The notes under the pieces: generated by a model
Database searches by the model: none
Told to the model about the DNA's origin: nothing
The model's input: only the letters and a program-made list of their open reading frames with translations
Program-made: the position numbers and the translations under genes
Shown: positions 12,681 to 26,312 of the stretch, in pieces
Numbering within the stretch: position 1 is the first letter of the stretch
How the letters are laid out: each line of letters opens with the position of its first letter
NCBI RefSeq assembly: GCF_006345805.1
Contig: NC_043001.1
Span: 38,006,001 to 38,070,000 of the forward strand
DNA from: Octopus sinensis
Taxonomy: Eukaryota
DNA: 64,000 bases
Reading direction: 5' to 3'

Positions 12681-15135
12681 CACTATTACTGTCTTTGGTA
12701 ATAATACCCTTTATTAATTGTAGTTGTGTTTAAGAATAGCAGAGTACTGGACTAAATACCAAACAGTTGTCTCAACTCCAAATTTCACCAAGATGAACTT
12801 TATCTTTCATTTTTCCAGGAAAATAAAATAAATACCAAACTTGTACTAGAGTTAATTCAGTCAAACATTCCTGCTTTACTAATTTTTAGCTTGTGCCAAT
12901 CTAAAAAAAATTATTAATTATAGCTATCTTATATCAATCTTAATTAGGTTTTAAACTCTGGCTGTTATTTTGTTGCCAGACGTTACATCTAGTTTTCATC
13001 ACGTTGCCATGCTACTTCAATTTTCTTATTTTCATATATCAATTTAATACATCTAGTTTTTAGTTACCAGTTTATTTTGTTTCAGCTATGTCTGTTATTC
13101 TCATATAAGAAAAATGTGTTCATTCACCTGTGTGTTTTGCTCAGCCAGTACTTATCTAAAGTTTTAATAGTATTAAGCAAATGGAATACAACTTGTCCCC
13201 TGAATACGCTGTTGTTCTTTCTCACATCTTTCTCCACAGACAGCACTGAACTCAAAATTACAAGTCAATAAAACACTCCTCAACTTTAAAGTGTCATTAC
13301 TCTAAGATTTATTTGTCTTATTTGCTGACATAATGCAATGATGGTAGTGGTGGTAGTAGGATACAAAGTGTTAATCTCTTGACTGATTTTTCAGTATTTT
13401 ACCAGCTTCTACAAAGCTTTTTCAATACTGTAACCAAAATCCCCTGTAATAAACTCTCACGATTTTAAAAAATAGGACTACATTACTAGTTCAAAATATT
13501 ATGACAATAATCTAAATATTAATTAAACACATTTATATTTTTTTATCTGGTGTTTCTATGCTAAGGTCTTCCTCTATGCTATAGATCTGCCTCTATGCTA
13601 TAGGCCTGTTCAAACAAAGCAAACTAGAGCAACACAATAACAAAAGACTTACCATATTCTTCATTAACTTTCAAAAGTGTACTTAAGAAAGCAAAAAAGA
13701 GGGAAAACTCAAAATGGTTAAATATCAGCCAAATCTCTTCCAAATTGTATCTTTTTTATGGACAGAACATTTGAGATAACATAATCTTACATCCCCTAAA
13801 AAGACAATATGGCCATGGTTGGGAAGTCTTTGATCATAGGTCTGCTCCATCAGAATTAACCAGGAACTAAAACATGCTTTTAATGCATGCTTTTGTTGTC
13901 TTCTTTTTAATAAAAAGAAATAACAATTAAGGCTCTTCATATTGGTTTATTAAATGATACTCATAAACTACCACTTTGTGTTCATAAAACTTTGTTGAAA
14001 TTGTTAGAATTCACATTGTAAAATATCATCCTTAGATCTAGGAGACTACAAAACCAGCACTGTGGCTGTAGAAAACTATTTTCATGTATTTCTAGACTAC
14101 TTTAAACTGTTCAGAAGATTAAACTGTATTGATTTACAAATTTTATTCCCACATTAACTAAGGATATACTTATACATACACAGGATGTGCAGGATGCATG
14201 TGATCCCCAAAATAGCAAAACCATTGTTTTTACCTTGCTTGGAATGAACTAACTGTCATTTTATATGGTTCTTAACAATCATTATTCTACTGTCACCCTC
14301 GCTCCATTCTCTCTCTTTCTCTCTCTCTCTCTGACATTTCTGGCACCCCCAACTGATGAGAACAAAATATTTTCTGGTAGCATTTTTTTTGTTTTAGTAT
14401 TTGACAGCTGGGGCTGACTGACATAAGCAGTTCTATCATCTGTTGTTGAATGGTGAGATAGTTTTTTAGTCATAAACTAATATCAAAATACCAACACCCA
14501 CTCCTGTACTAAATCTATATTGTTCCTCCTCCTTCCCACTTCCAACTCCTTCTCTCCACCGCCAACTCCTCCTCCCCACCTCCGATTCCTCCTCCACTGT
14601 TTAAATAGAGATCAGATGGGTTTTCAATTAGCTCTCAGTTTCTATTTTTATAAGTCATTGATGTAATTCTTTAGTTTATCACAGACTTTAAAAAAAAAAA
14701 CAAGTTCATATATGATTTTATGTATTTTTATCAATTAAATCAACAACAAAGGCATTGTTTAGTTTGATGGCCATGTTAGGTTGTGGATATTAACTATTGT
14801 TATTAACTGCTCCTCTTGGGTAATGGTTTGTAGAATTGTTTGCATGTCAGACAAAAGCTTTATGACATCAACTTAACAGCACTTTATGGTTTCACTTCAA
14901 ATCTTACTATGGTTGACTTTCATTCTTCTGAGGGGGCAGTTGGATATTCATATTAAATAAGTATCAATAAAGTACCTTGTGTGAATTCAGGTTTTCTCAA
15001 GTATCACATACCACCAGTCATCCTGGTCCTTTGTCATCTCTTCCATGTGGTTCAAGGTCCTGAGATCAGCCTTCATAACTTTGTCTCCCATTTTCCACAA
15101 GTTCCATCCCTGTTAAGTGATTGACACTACTTATA

Positions 15136-15940
15136 CAGAGTGTCCAAGAATTAACTATTTATCTCAATGAAATCAGGCAAATTAAAAAAAAAACTGACAT
15201 GATTTTATGTTTATTACTTATGATTCCAAAACAAATAGATTTATAAATCTTGCATCAAAACTTTATTGAAAATTTTCAACATGTGCTCTGTCTGTATCCC
15301 TGCAAATTCCAAATCTATCCTTAGTATTACAAAACACATTTTGAGGCATTTCAGAGTTATCTCCTGCACTTCTAACTGAATGTGTTCTTTAAGTTCAGCT
15401 AAACTATTGCCCCATCCAGAGGATGGAGATAGAGAAAACGATTGCAGCTAACTTTTAAAAATGCTGTCACGGACAGATAGGCAAGATCCAACAGGAATCA
15501 TCATCATCAACTTTCCATACTGGCACAGGTTGGATGGTTTGACTGAGGACTGGCAAGCTAGGAGGCTGCACCAGGCTCCAATCTAATCTGGCAGGGTTTC
15601 TGCAGCTGGATACCCTTCCTAACGCCAACCACTCTGAGAGTGTAGTGGGTGCTTTTTACATGACACTGGCACGGAGGCCAGTCAGGTGGCACTGGCATTA
15701 ACCATGCTTGAATGGTGCATTTTACGTGCCACCAGCACTGGCATTGGCTGCACTTGAAAGGTGCTTTTTATGTGAAATGAAAATAAAATTTTCATACTCG
15801 ATGAATGAAAATAAAATTATTTAAAAAATTATAAAAATTTTTTAAATATATACAAAATAAAAAATTCATACACTTTTAACACATCAAATATGATAAATAT
15901 AAATAAAAGTGCGTTTTTATTTATATTCTGGGACACCCTG
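15136..15940. mobile_element. Tc1/mariner deletion derivative inserted into an RTE fragment
   Basis: TIRs CAGAGTGTCCAAGAA and TTCTGGGACACCCTG with TA on both sides. The flanks rejoin as RTE sequence (~14995-16070). It also carries an internal RTE 3' end at ~15498-15770. Confidence 0.75.
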
Positions 15941-16677
15941 TACAGTTGTCCTCATCTTTATATATCACATGTCCATAGCATGGCAGTCTTCTTTCTTGCA
16001 CACTGCATCTGATTCCTTTTATGCCCAATTTTTTCTCTCAACAGATTTGTACTTTCAATTCTTGTAAGTAGTTAAAATAGTCATGCACCATATCAGTTCA
16101 TTGACTTTGTACCTTTTCTACAAATTTGTTGCTTGTGTAACTGGGAAAATTTTTACAGTGTGGCAATAAGTTCTGTACATGATCTACTACCCAGTTCTGA
16201 TTTGTAAATCAATCACAATCATCAAAGCATCAGTGCCCCAACTTCTGTTTTCTTCTTTCCTACGTATCTTAGGTGTTTAGCTTTCCTTCTCATAAATTCC
16301 ACCAACATTGCTTTCTAACTTTCTGGCATCAAGAAAATGACAACTAGTAAGTACTTAGGGTCAAATATATCAACTTATATCCCCACTGCAATATTACTTT
16401 GTCATCTGTGACTTTGCAAAATCTCATTATTCTAAACTAATTCCTCCATCTAGTCAACATTGCCTTTCATTATGATTGTCTGAAAATTTTTTAAAAAATG
16501 AAAGAAATTGTTTTAAATTTCAAGCATTCACTTCATAAAGATTTTTTTTAAGAAATGCCATAAATATCAGTTTTCTGTGATATTTCTCCACCAATTTGTA
16601 ACTTTATCCAGTGTAATAAATCCTTGTCACCATTATTATTACTATGATTATTATTAATATTCATATTTTACTTATAG

Positions 16678-16740
16678 ATCCTGATGTTGTTGTTACCAAT
16701 TTAACAGCTGTGAAGGATGAAACTGCAGGAAGGAAAACTG
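16678..16740 (+). CDS. PDX1: PDX1/SNZ PLP synthase, first identified coding exon (phase 1-1; xPDVVVTNLTAVKDETAGRKTG)
   Basis: tttacttatag acceptor, 63 nt open, GT donor at 16741. Joins in frame (G|GA) to GTFKVKAG of the next exon. Sequence is poorly conserved, so less certain than the other exons. Confidence 0.65.
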
Positions 16741-17364
16741 GTGTGTTTTACACTTTAATTATCTTATAATGTATGACTTCACAAAACTGTTGACTTTTTG
16801 ACACAACCTGTTCACAGCTACAACAGTTGTGATATTTTAATTCTTTTTACAAGGCTAACTTGTTGAAAAATTAAAATTGCTTAACTTCTGAATTTAGGGT
16901 TACAGTTACCACTTCATATTATAGCTAGTTGCAATCTGCTAACATTTTCAACATAACTCATTAGCATAGTTTAGCTTGTATCAATCAAAAAAGAAATCAA
17001 AATATAAATTATTCTCTGTAATATAATGTAATAATGCTAAAGGAAAAGAAATGTTGGTTATATTAAAACAGTAGTTTATAATTTTTTTTCTCCTACTAGC
17101 CATCTTAAAATACAATATGAGAGCAGATTGTGTGAACAGTAAATCCAAACCTTTCTGCTGTATTGACCAATCCTCACAATACAGAATAAAAATAATATAT
17201 AAGTACAGAAACCTCATTCAGACCTCAAGGGTATGAAAATAACTGTAGAATGTGCTCACTGTTTATGGTGATAATCTCTATATACTTAGGTTACCTGAAC
17301 TGAACCAGCAAGAATTATTGCCATAGTTTGTGAGAGTTTTCCTTGGGAAAATATCTTCACTGAA

Positions 17365-18356
17365 ATAATAAGAATAGCCTGGGCAAAGTTCAGAGAGCTC
17401 TTACCTCTGCTGGTGACAAAGGGCCTCTTGCTCAGAGTAAAAGGTAGACTGTATGATGCATGTGTATGAACAGCCATGTTACATGGCAGCGAAACATGGG
17501 CCGTGATTGCTGAGGACAAGCGTAAGCTCGCAAGGAACAAAGCCAGTATGCTCCGATGGATGTGTAATGTCAGTGTGCATACTTGACAGAGTCTAAGTAC
17601 CTTGAGAGAAAAGTTGGACCTGAGAAGCATCAGATGTGGTGTGCAAGAAAGACGACTGTGCTGGTATGGCCATGTAGCGAGAATGAATGAGGATAGCCGT
17701 GTGAAAAAGTGCCACATCCTAGCGGTTGAGGGAACCTGTGGAAGAGGTAGACCCAGAAAGACCTGGGAACATGAGGCCTCACTGAGGCAATGACTAGTGA
17801 CCAAGACCTTTGGAAATATGCTGTGCTTGAGAAGACCTGGCAAGCCAAGTGAGACCATATCCGTGGCCTATGCCAGGGGTGTAACCAGCCCACTTATGCG
17901 TACCTTTCCTTCATTGGACACTAAACTCTGCTTGCGAAAATCTGTTGAGGTAAGTGAAATCAAAATCAAATTCGATGACTGGCATCCGTGCTAGTGGAGC
18001 ACTAAGAGCACCATCCGAGCATGATCATTGCCAGAGCAGCTGACTGGCTTCCATGCCAGTGGCACGTAAAAAGCACCATTTGAACGTGATCATTACCAGT
18101 GTCACCTTACTAGCACTTGTGCTAGTGACACATGAAAAAAACATTGCCAGTACTGCTTGACTGGTCCTCATGCCAATGGCATGTAAAAGCACCCACTACA
18201 CTCTCAGAGTGGTTGGCGTTAGGAAGGGCATCCAGCTGTAGAAACTCTGCCAGATCAGATTGGAACCTGGTGCAGCCATCTGGTTCACCAGTCCTCAGTC
18301 AAATTGTCCAACCCATGCTAGCTTGGAATGCGGACGTTAAACGATGATGATGATGA
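17365..18356 (+). mobile_element. RTE-clade LINE 3' portion in a PDX1 intron
   Basis: RIAWAKFRELLPLL..., RRLCWYGHVARM..GRGRPRKTW; 3' end CCAACCCATGCTAGC..CGGACGTTAAACGATGATGATGAT. Confidence 0.9.
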
Positions 18357-18734
18357 AAAGTCAGAAAGTTTCATTTAAAAGTTTGATAATATTAAATATT
18401 AATCTAGAATCAGTTGACTGGCAGAAATTTTAAGATGATGATCTAACTGCTTTGCAGTATTTAGTTTTTCTCTGTTTTATGTTGAAATGTTACTGTGGTT
18501 AACTTTAACTTCTCTGTTTTCTCACTCTCTCTTGCTTTCTTTTATCCTTACAAATTTGTATTCTTTTTTTGATGTTAGAATTGAATATGATACATTTAAT
18601 CTTTAACATAATGCTTACTTATGTAACCTATTTCAGTTTCATTTAATTTATAGGCTTACATATTATTTTTGCTAGATTCAAGTCATTCTCCTTATAACAT
18701 TAGTAAAATATATGTTTTTATTACTTTATACTAG

Positions 18735-18835
18735 GAACCTTCAAGGTCAAAGCTGGTATGGCACAAATGGCTAAAGGAGGAATCATTATGGATGTTACCA
18801 ATGCAGAAGAAGCATGTATCGCCGAAGAAGCTGGA
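18735..18835 (+). CDS. PDX1: PDX1 exon ([34 protein letters not shown])
   Basis: AG acceptor and GTAAG donor; contains the AQMxKGGxIMDV signature with the conserved Asp. Confidence 0.95.
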
Positions 18836-19018
18836 GTAAGTCTGTCTTTTTTTATTTGTTTTTTGTTGACAATAATGAATTCTTTCTATTGCTTAAGATC
18901 TGCTATAATGTAAGAGCAAAGCAATAATTTGAAATTTATTTTATCAACCTGCAAGAGATGAAAAGTATCATTGATCTTAATTGCATTTGAATGCACAAAA
19001 ATATGGCATCAGACTAAT

Positions 19019-19320
19019 TATTAATTAGCACCAAGTCTCATGTTCTTGGGTTCAAAGTGAATCATCTGTGATCCTTTCTCTTTTCTTACATTAATACTAA
19101 TAATTTATTAATGTAGTTGAAATTAGTTGAAATGGACAGACCAACAGAATGCTAATAGAAGGATTAGCTCACCTTACTATTAATTAGCACCAAGTCTCAT
19201 GTTCTTGGGTTCAAAGTGAATCATCTGTGATCCTTTCTCTTTTCTTACATTAATACTAATAATTTATTAATGTAGTTGAAATTAGTTGAAATGGACAGAC
19301 CAACAGAATGCTCACCTTAC
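19019..19320. repeat. Recent direct tandem duplication (~135 bp identical, period 159)
   Basis: TATTAATTAGCACCAAGTCTC...CCAACAGAATGCT occurs at 19019-19153 and again at 19178-19312. Confidence 0.95.
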
Positions 19321-19801
19321 TGTCTCAAGATCAAACCTACTGGGATCAACTTGTCTTTCAATTTTGGAAGTTAATTCAACCAGCTATATTCTATTGCAAC
19401 TAGAATTAGCATCCTCCCTTCTCAAATGCAAGATTTTTTTTTATAATTTGTGAGTGTATGAAATTGAAGTTTTGCTTTTCCTAAAGATATTAGCAATGTA
19501 AGTAAAATAATTGCAGATAAAATTACTAATTAGTATATGAAAGCAGTTGTCAGAAATATAAAGAAATGTCGTTCAGAAATATATATTTTGAGCTTTTTAG
19601 TAAAGCATATGGAATAGCTTACTCTTTAGCTTGCTGCTCAAAAATAACCTTACAGATTATAACTTCAAGGGTAGTTTTCTTCAAATCAAACTAATTCACT
19701 TTTGCATTATCATCCATAAATGTATGTGGTTCTAAACGAGACTTTCACAGGAAAGTCCTTATCTATTTCTTATGACATAACTTTTTCATTTTATTTCATA
19801 G

Positions 19802-19882
19802 GCTTGTGCTGTTATGGCGCTTGAAAGAGTTCCAGCTGATATTCGCCGCCAAGGAGGTGTAGCCAGAATGACTGATCCCTTG
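19802..19882 (+). CDS. PDX1: PDX1 exon ([27 protein letters not shown])
   Basis: 81 nt, phase 0-0, AG/GTAAG boundaries; [11 protein letters not shown] signature. Confidence 0.97.
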
Positions 19883-20167
19883 GTAAGTAACTTAATGTCT
19901 CTCTCTTGCTTAGCATTGGCCTTCTTAATTCCTTAGAAGGAATAATTTGACATAATTCCAACTTTTAGTAATGAATGGTGTATTGATATGTAATCAACTG
20001 ACAATGTTTTCATGCTAAATAAAGTGGCCATTACAAAGTATCTTACAAATGTAAATTTATCCATTTTTCCCATAGAAGTTAGCATATTTAATTGTTATTA
20101 CAGAAATATTAGGGATTAATTAATATCATTGAAGTTTGCACTAAAATAAAAAAAATTTCCTTTGAAG

Positions 20168-20288
20168 AAAATTAAAGAAATCATGAATGCTGTTACAATA
20201 CCAGTGATGGCTAAAGCCCGTATCGGTCATTTTGCTGAAGCCCAGATTTTGGAGGCTTTAGGTGTGGACATGGTCGATGAATCTGAAG
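20168..20288 (+). CDS. PDX1: PDX1 exon ([40 protein letters not shown])
   Basis: 121 nt, AG/GT boundaries; contains VMAKARIGH with the first catalytic Lys, and DESE. Confidence 0.95.
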
Positions 20289-21043
20289 GTAAATACACAA
20301 GTTTTTAATTACAATTATGAGTTTTGGTCTTTATATTTGATGACTTACTTTTCTGTTTCTCTGATTAAAGCAACCCTAATATTTTCAGATAATATCAAGT
20401 TGTCTTTCTTACATACTCTGTTTTGGGGTTCTTGTTTTGTTATATTTTGCCAGAGTTAATTTCTTATTGTATTTTAACAATTTAATCAACACAGCATATT
20501 AGGGATAACATTTCAGTGATATTAAGTCTGTAATTTTCTTAGTTGTTGTAACCACTTCACTAGATTTTATGTCAGTTTCTGTTCTTGAGCAAAACATAAA
20601 TATCACACAAATCACATTTTCTGCCCTTATAAAGAGAGGTCAGAGAAATCAATATTTTTTTTATCATCATTATCAATCATCATTTATTTTTGTATTGCAC
20701 ATCAAATGACATAACTACTCTGTATGTATTAGCTTTTTTGTGAAGATTGTTTTCAGTTAACATGAATGAGTAGCAACTAAACAATCACAATTTCAAATCT
20801 TCTTAGATTGTTTATTTAGCCCTCTGCTTAGACTGTTTATTTAGCAATACCACATAAGTGTATTTTTCTGTTACTAATGTCTTTGTAAAGTAAGATATGT
20901 TGCTCAATTTGTTATGTCCTTTACATCCTCTAAGTTCAAAATACTGCTACAGAACTGTTTTTAATTTTGAACACTTTGATGGTCCTACCTATATATTTCA
21001 GTAATTCAGGCAATAACATAGACAAGGAATAACTCCAAGTTTC

Positions 21044-21106
21044 GGAATGTATCATACTGCTTTTGGAATGTGTCATACTGCTTTTGGAATGTATCATACT
21101 GCTTTT
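21044..21106. repeat. 3 x 21-bp minisatellite GGAATGTRTCATACTGCTTTT
   Basis: Read directly from the sequence. Confidence 0.9.
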
Positions 21107-21274
21107 GCCAATCTGAATTTAATCTGTCAGTCAAACGGAGAGTAGTTTATAATCATTACTGTTGTATGGGTCTGAAATAATTTTGGCATGCTGCAGAATA
21201 GAGCAGCTGTACTTCATCCCTGCCACATGTAGAACTTAGTGCACATGAGAAAACTCAGCTGCACTCTCATTAAA

Positions 21275-21470
21275 TATTCTTTTCTACTCTAGGCACAAGG
21301 CCTGAAATTTTTGAGGAGTGGGATGCAGTCGATTAGATTGACTCCAGTATGCAGCTGGTACTTAATTTATTGACCCTCGGCGGAATTTGAACTCAGAATG
21401 TAAAGGCAGACGAAATACTGCTAAGCATTTCGCCTGGCGTGCTAACATTTCTGCCGGCTTACTGCCTTAC
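21275..21470 (-). mobile_element. Nin-domain SINE
   Basis: Same family as the 7460-7925 cluster; flanked by a repeated CTCATTAAATATT, a possible TSD. Confidence 0.8.
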
Positions 21471-22908
21471 CCTCATTAAATATTGCACTATTTCTGCTGT
21501 TTGAACCAGTTGATTAACTCCCCTGGTAAGACCGATTTGTTCCAGTAGGCAGTAACTTAATGGGAAAAATGATGAGGTGGTCAGACAAATAGTTGGCAAT
21601 GAGACATGAAAATGTTGATGATGAACTTCAGTCACTTGCTTACTACTTTCTAACTGTAAAAACTTAAGCTCAACTTCACTGACAGTTGAAAATGTTTTCT
21701 AGTGTAGCACACGCTCATAGATAATGGTAGTATTTATTTATCTGTTTTCGCTTAACATATCAACCCTTTTTCTGACCCAATTTTGGATAGTGAAGCAACT
21801 TTTTAGTGTGCATTATAACTGAATCTCATAGAAAGTTTAGCTTTGAACTAATAATATGTTGACTTGGTCCAGAAGATGGTTGACAAAGTTTATCAATTGT
21901 GATAGAGTTATACAGAAGATTTTATTTATTTATTCATATGTAATGTTTGAAGATTAGTTTTTATCATAATATGAAAAACAATAGTTGATACACAGCAGGA
22001 TGGATGTAATCTGTTTGTAAGCAATGAAAGATTACTTTTGTGTAACGGTTGGAATTGTGAAAGAAAACATTTATTTTTACTGTTATATTATACAATTCCT
22101 TGCCTCAATGAGCAAGTGATAAAATCGTAAAGCAATTGAAATAAAGATACATATAGATTTTCCTTGCATAGTTTGTATTTGTGTTCTCGTCATTGTTTAG
22201 TAGTAATTACCAAGAGAGATAGAATGATGTTGTAAGAGAACAGAATTAGAGCTAGTGAGAGTGAAAGAGTGTGGGATGTTTTTCTTTTTCCCTCTGGCTG
22301 TTTGTCTGTCTGCTTTCATGATTCTAGTGGTCAGTTCACTAACTGATGTTAGCTCTCTCTCAACTCGGGAGTTGTCACCAAAGTGACTAACTGGTTGAAT
22401 CGTCACCAAGTGACTAAACTAGTTGAGTCGTCACTAAGTGACTAACTCAGTTGTCCTCGAGTCACTAACTGATTTTTGCTTGGGAGTTCTTGTTTTTATA
22501 ACTATCCAGAAGGATAAACATATCATTGAGAACAATAGATTTAGTTGGTGGTCTTGTTATCTTAATTCTAGCTTTTGGTGAAATAGAAGAGGTTAGAAAG
22601 GTTAAGTGGTGAAGACATTATTTCGGCCTAGCTAAGGAAATCAGAAAAATGTAAAACTCTGTCGCAAAAAAAACCCCATTGATCCACTGTGAGAAAAGAT
22701 CTGTTGAAGTGTTAATTTAAATTTGGCTATGGTGGATTGAATCCACTTCATATATCTATTTATTTTTGTTATTTCTAAGCATGTGTAACAGTGCTATTCT
22801 TCAAGATATTATTTGAAACAGACTTGTGTGATGTGGAGTGAAATACAAAATAGAATGTTTAACATTGAGATAAGTAATTTTTGTTCATTCTCTTTCCTTC
22901 TGTTCTAG

Positions 22909-23055
22909 TCCTCACAGCTGCTGATGTTGACAACCATATTGACAAACACAAGCTCAAAGTTCCTGTTGTTTGCGGAGCACGTGACCTTGGTGAAGCTTTG
23001 CGTCGAATTTCTGAAGGTGCTGCTATGATAAGAACCAAAGGAGAAGCTGGAACAG
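22909..23055 (+). CDS. PDX1: PDX1 exon ([49 protein letters not shown])
   Basis: 147 nt, phase 1-1; EALRRI and [10 protein letters not shown] with the second catalytic Lys. Confidence 0.97.
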
Positions 23056-25278
23056 GTACAGTAGTTTTAATATATCAATTTGTTTTGTTTTATTTTTATT
23101 CTTTTTATTAAAAGACATATTTTTCTCAAAAACACTAGAACAAATAATAGTTAATCTATTTTTATTTCAAGAAGTAGAAGGAAATGTGAGTTAATTATTT
23201 TCATTTTTGACTTTGTTTTTGAGATATTAATTCTTTTTTACTGAATACAAACTAAAGTTGGTATTTGACATTATAAGCAACAACAGGCCTACTGATGAAA
23301 CCCAAACTACTTATCTATCACTTGCTTCTCTTGCTGGCTTTAAATGGCTAGTGGATTATCTATCTTGTGGAAATATAACCACAAAACTAATTCATTGTCT
23401 TATTTGAAAATAAAAATTTGGCAAGTGCTTTGTTGTGCAATTGGTAATGTTGTTGCTAACAAGTGACGGATATCATCATCATCATCATTTAATGTCCACT
23501 TTTCCATGCTTGAATGGGTCAGATGGAATTTGTTGAGGCAGATTTTCTATTATTGAATGTCTTTCCTGTTACCAACCTTCTGTTTCCAAGCAGGGTATTA
23601 TTTTCCCATTGTTAGACATGTTTTTCACAGACTGGAAATGAACACACTTGTTTGTGTGATGATTTACAATCATCATGATGTCTAGTCAAGGGAACACACA
23701 CACACACACTTAGATATGTACATATACATACATACTCACACACATACTTATTTAAATACACATACATACAATGGGCTTCTTCTGGTTACCATTTACCAAA
23801 TCTACTCACAAGGCTTTGGTTAACCCTTGGCTATTGTAGAAGATACTTGCCCAAGGTGTTATGCAGTAGAACTAAACTTGCAACCATGTGACTAGGAAGC
23901 AAAGCTGGTAAGAGCAAGTTTATTGTATACAATGTTCAGGTGCACTACAGATCATCAGATATTCTGCTCTATTTTCTTCTTTATATAACTTCTACTATAT
24001 TGTTTTTCCTATATATGAAATACATTCATTTTTCAGAATAGTAATTGTTTTGTGCAAAACACAGGACCATTTCTTGTAAGAGCACCTTATTGGTACTCTG
24101 CACCCACTCCACTCTGTGATTGATGATGGGAAGGGTGTTAAGGTGTAAAATTCTAATTTAAGCAAAATTTGGAATATAATGCTGTACTGCAAAAATGGTA
24201 AACAAGATGATGATGATACACTTATATTTTTATGTTTTTTACATCTAATTAGATTACAGAACTCCTTTTTAAACTAGGCACAGGCAACTTTTTTTTCAAG
24301 AAGTGAGCTACACTACTATAAAAATTTCAAAAATTTCATCAGGTATGTCATTCAGAAAGTCACACCTGCTGTAGGTTGTCTTTGACTAACTTAAAGTATT
24401 TGATTGATTTTTCATTTAAAAAATATATTTATTCTAATTACAGAATATATTTGTTCCTATGTAACTAATTTAAATAATTACTAAATATATTTTTTATAGT
24501 TAACCAATACAATATCAACTGGCTTGCAATTTGCAAATATATATCCTATTTTAATAATTATATATATTTCATATACATAAAATGCAATTTCTTTTAGTAT
24601 ATAGTATTAAAAGATAGAAATATTGCAAAGTACTGAACTCTTTTTTTTTTTTTAGTTAAGCTTTTTTCTCAGTTAATTTGAGAAGCTGACTTACAATACT
24701 TTTAGCATGTTATGTAGGAGAAGAATTAGTTTTAATTTGTTGTATACTATTGAAATCACAGCTAAAAATTATTCCACAAGGGTATAGTTTTAGTTGGGTG
24801 GTAGCCCTAATCTTTTGTCCTATTTAACACTACAACCTAGCCCTTAGGTGTCATTTAGCAAAGCTATCTCTCTTTCAAGCATTTGGACCAGGCATCCACC
24901 CTTTCTTTACTATTCTCAGAGGCTCTGCATAAGGTCATAAGCAATACTTTTTCTTCCTTGACTAAGATATAAAAGTTGATTTCAATTAAGCTCTTTAAAA
25001 TAAACAGGAAGATGAAGAAATCAATATATTTCTGTTGGCAGAAAAGAAGTTTTAGATAAGTTATAAGTGCTGATTTATTTAGAAGTCAAATGGACAAATA
25101 CTATTTAACTCCAGCAGGATTTGAACTCAGAACACTTTACTCAGATTTTGCTAGTGTCAATATTTTGTCTCTCATTTCAATATTACAAAATTCATCAGTC
25201 AACTCACTACCCAAAATATGCTGTATATATTATTAAGATATTATTTCCAAACTTTTCCTTTTTCTTTGTGCTTTGCAG

Positions 25279-25461
25279 GTGATGTCTCTGAAGCTGTAAG
25301 ACATGCTCGTACTATCAATCGTGAAATTAGAACTGCTCAAGCTATGGACTCAACAGAACTTTATGAATATGCTAAAAAGCTACAAGTTCCAATAGAACTG
25401 TTGCGGAGAACTGCTGAAATGGGTCGACTTCCAGTGGTAAATTTTGCTGCTGGTGGCATTG
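25279..25461 (+). CDS. PDX1: PDX1 exon (GDVSEAVRHART...GRLPVVNFAAGGI)
   Basis: 183 nt, ttgcag acceptor and gtaag donor; LPVVNFAAGG signature. Confidence 0.97.
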
Positions 25462-25734
25462 GTAAGTCTAGTGTTTTCATACAATTCTATACTGTTATTC
25501 ATTGTTGTGATAAGCTCTAATTATAGGATCTACCTCTCAGATATTTGGCATGGACACTCACATTGAACATGTCTGTATTGTATATAGTCACCTTTTTTGT
25601 TAAATGCAGCAGCCAATTCTCACTAAACAAAACATCTTACTCTTTTTCACATATTTTCCATTTACCAAGTTATAGCATGCCTACAATATAAAGTATTATA
25701 AGTGCTTGGACATTTGTATTAGGATTGTAAGGTA

Positions 25735-26080
25735 AGGGTAAAAGTAAAGACCCTCTTTGGTCATGAAGACCATGGGATCGCACCGAGAAAGTTCCCCTCC
25801 AAGGCACAAGTCCGGACAAAGTTGTTTTTTGGAAGACTAGCAGTTGTCCATGCATACCAGCCTCCCCTTTCCATGCCACCGATGTTATCCAAGGCAAAGC
25901 AAAGGCCAGTACAGCTTGGCACCTGTGATGTTGCAACTCATTTCTGCAGCTAAGTGAACTGGAGCAATGTGAAATAAAGTGTCTTGCTCAAGAACACAAC
26001 ACCCAGCCCAGTCTGAGAATCAGGTTTGCTACCTCATGATTGTGAGCCCAGTGAGCTAACCACTGAGCCATGCACCTTCA
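25735..26080 (-). mobile_element. tRNA-derived SINE (Meta-like family)
   Basis: Minus strand starts GAAGGTGCATGGCTCAGTGGTTAG, contains TTCTTGAGCAAGACACTTTATTTCACA, and ends in a (TTTAC)-type tail. Confidence 0.7.
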
Positions 26081-26312
26081 CATTAGAATTGTATATCTTG
26101 CATATCTAAAGTGCTTGAATTATGGTGGTGTCAAGTATTTACTTGGCTACATCTATACTTGAGGTCTGTTGAAGTAAAATTAATCAGACCCAAGAATAAG
26201 ATCACTCCAGCTAATATTTATTTTTTTGTAACTTTTTATGTTATCTTCCATGTAATATCAACTGTTAGTGATATTTACTAATCCAGTGAAAAATATATTT
26301 TGTTTATTTCAG

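Noticed and set aside
22370-22472. CRISPR-like repeat array
   Set aside because: Units are degenerate and contiguous without unique spacers, the context is eukaryotic, and no cas genes are present.
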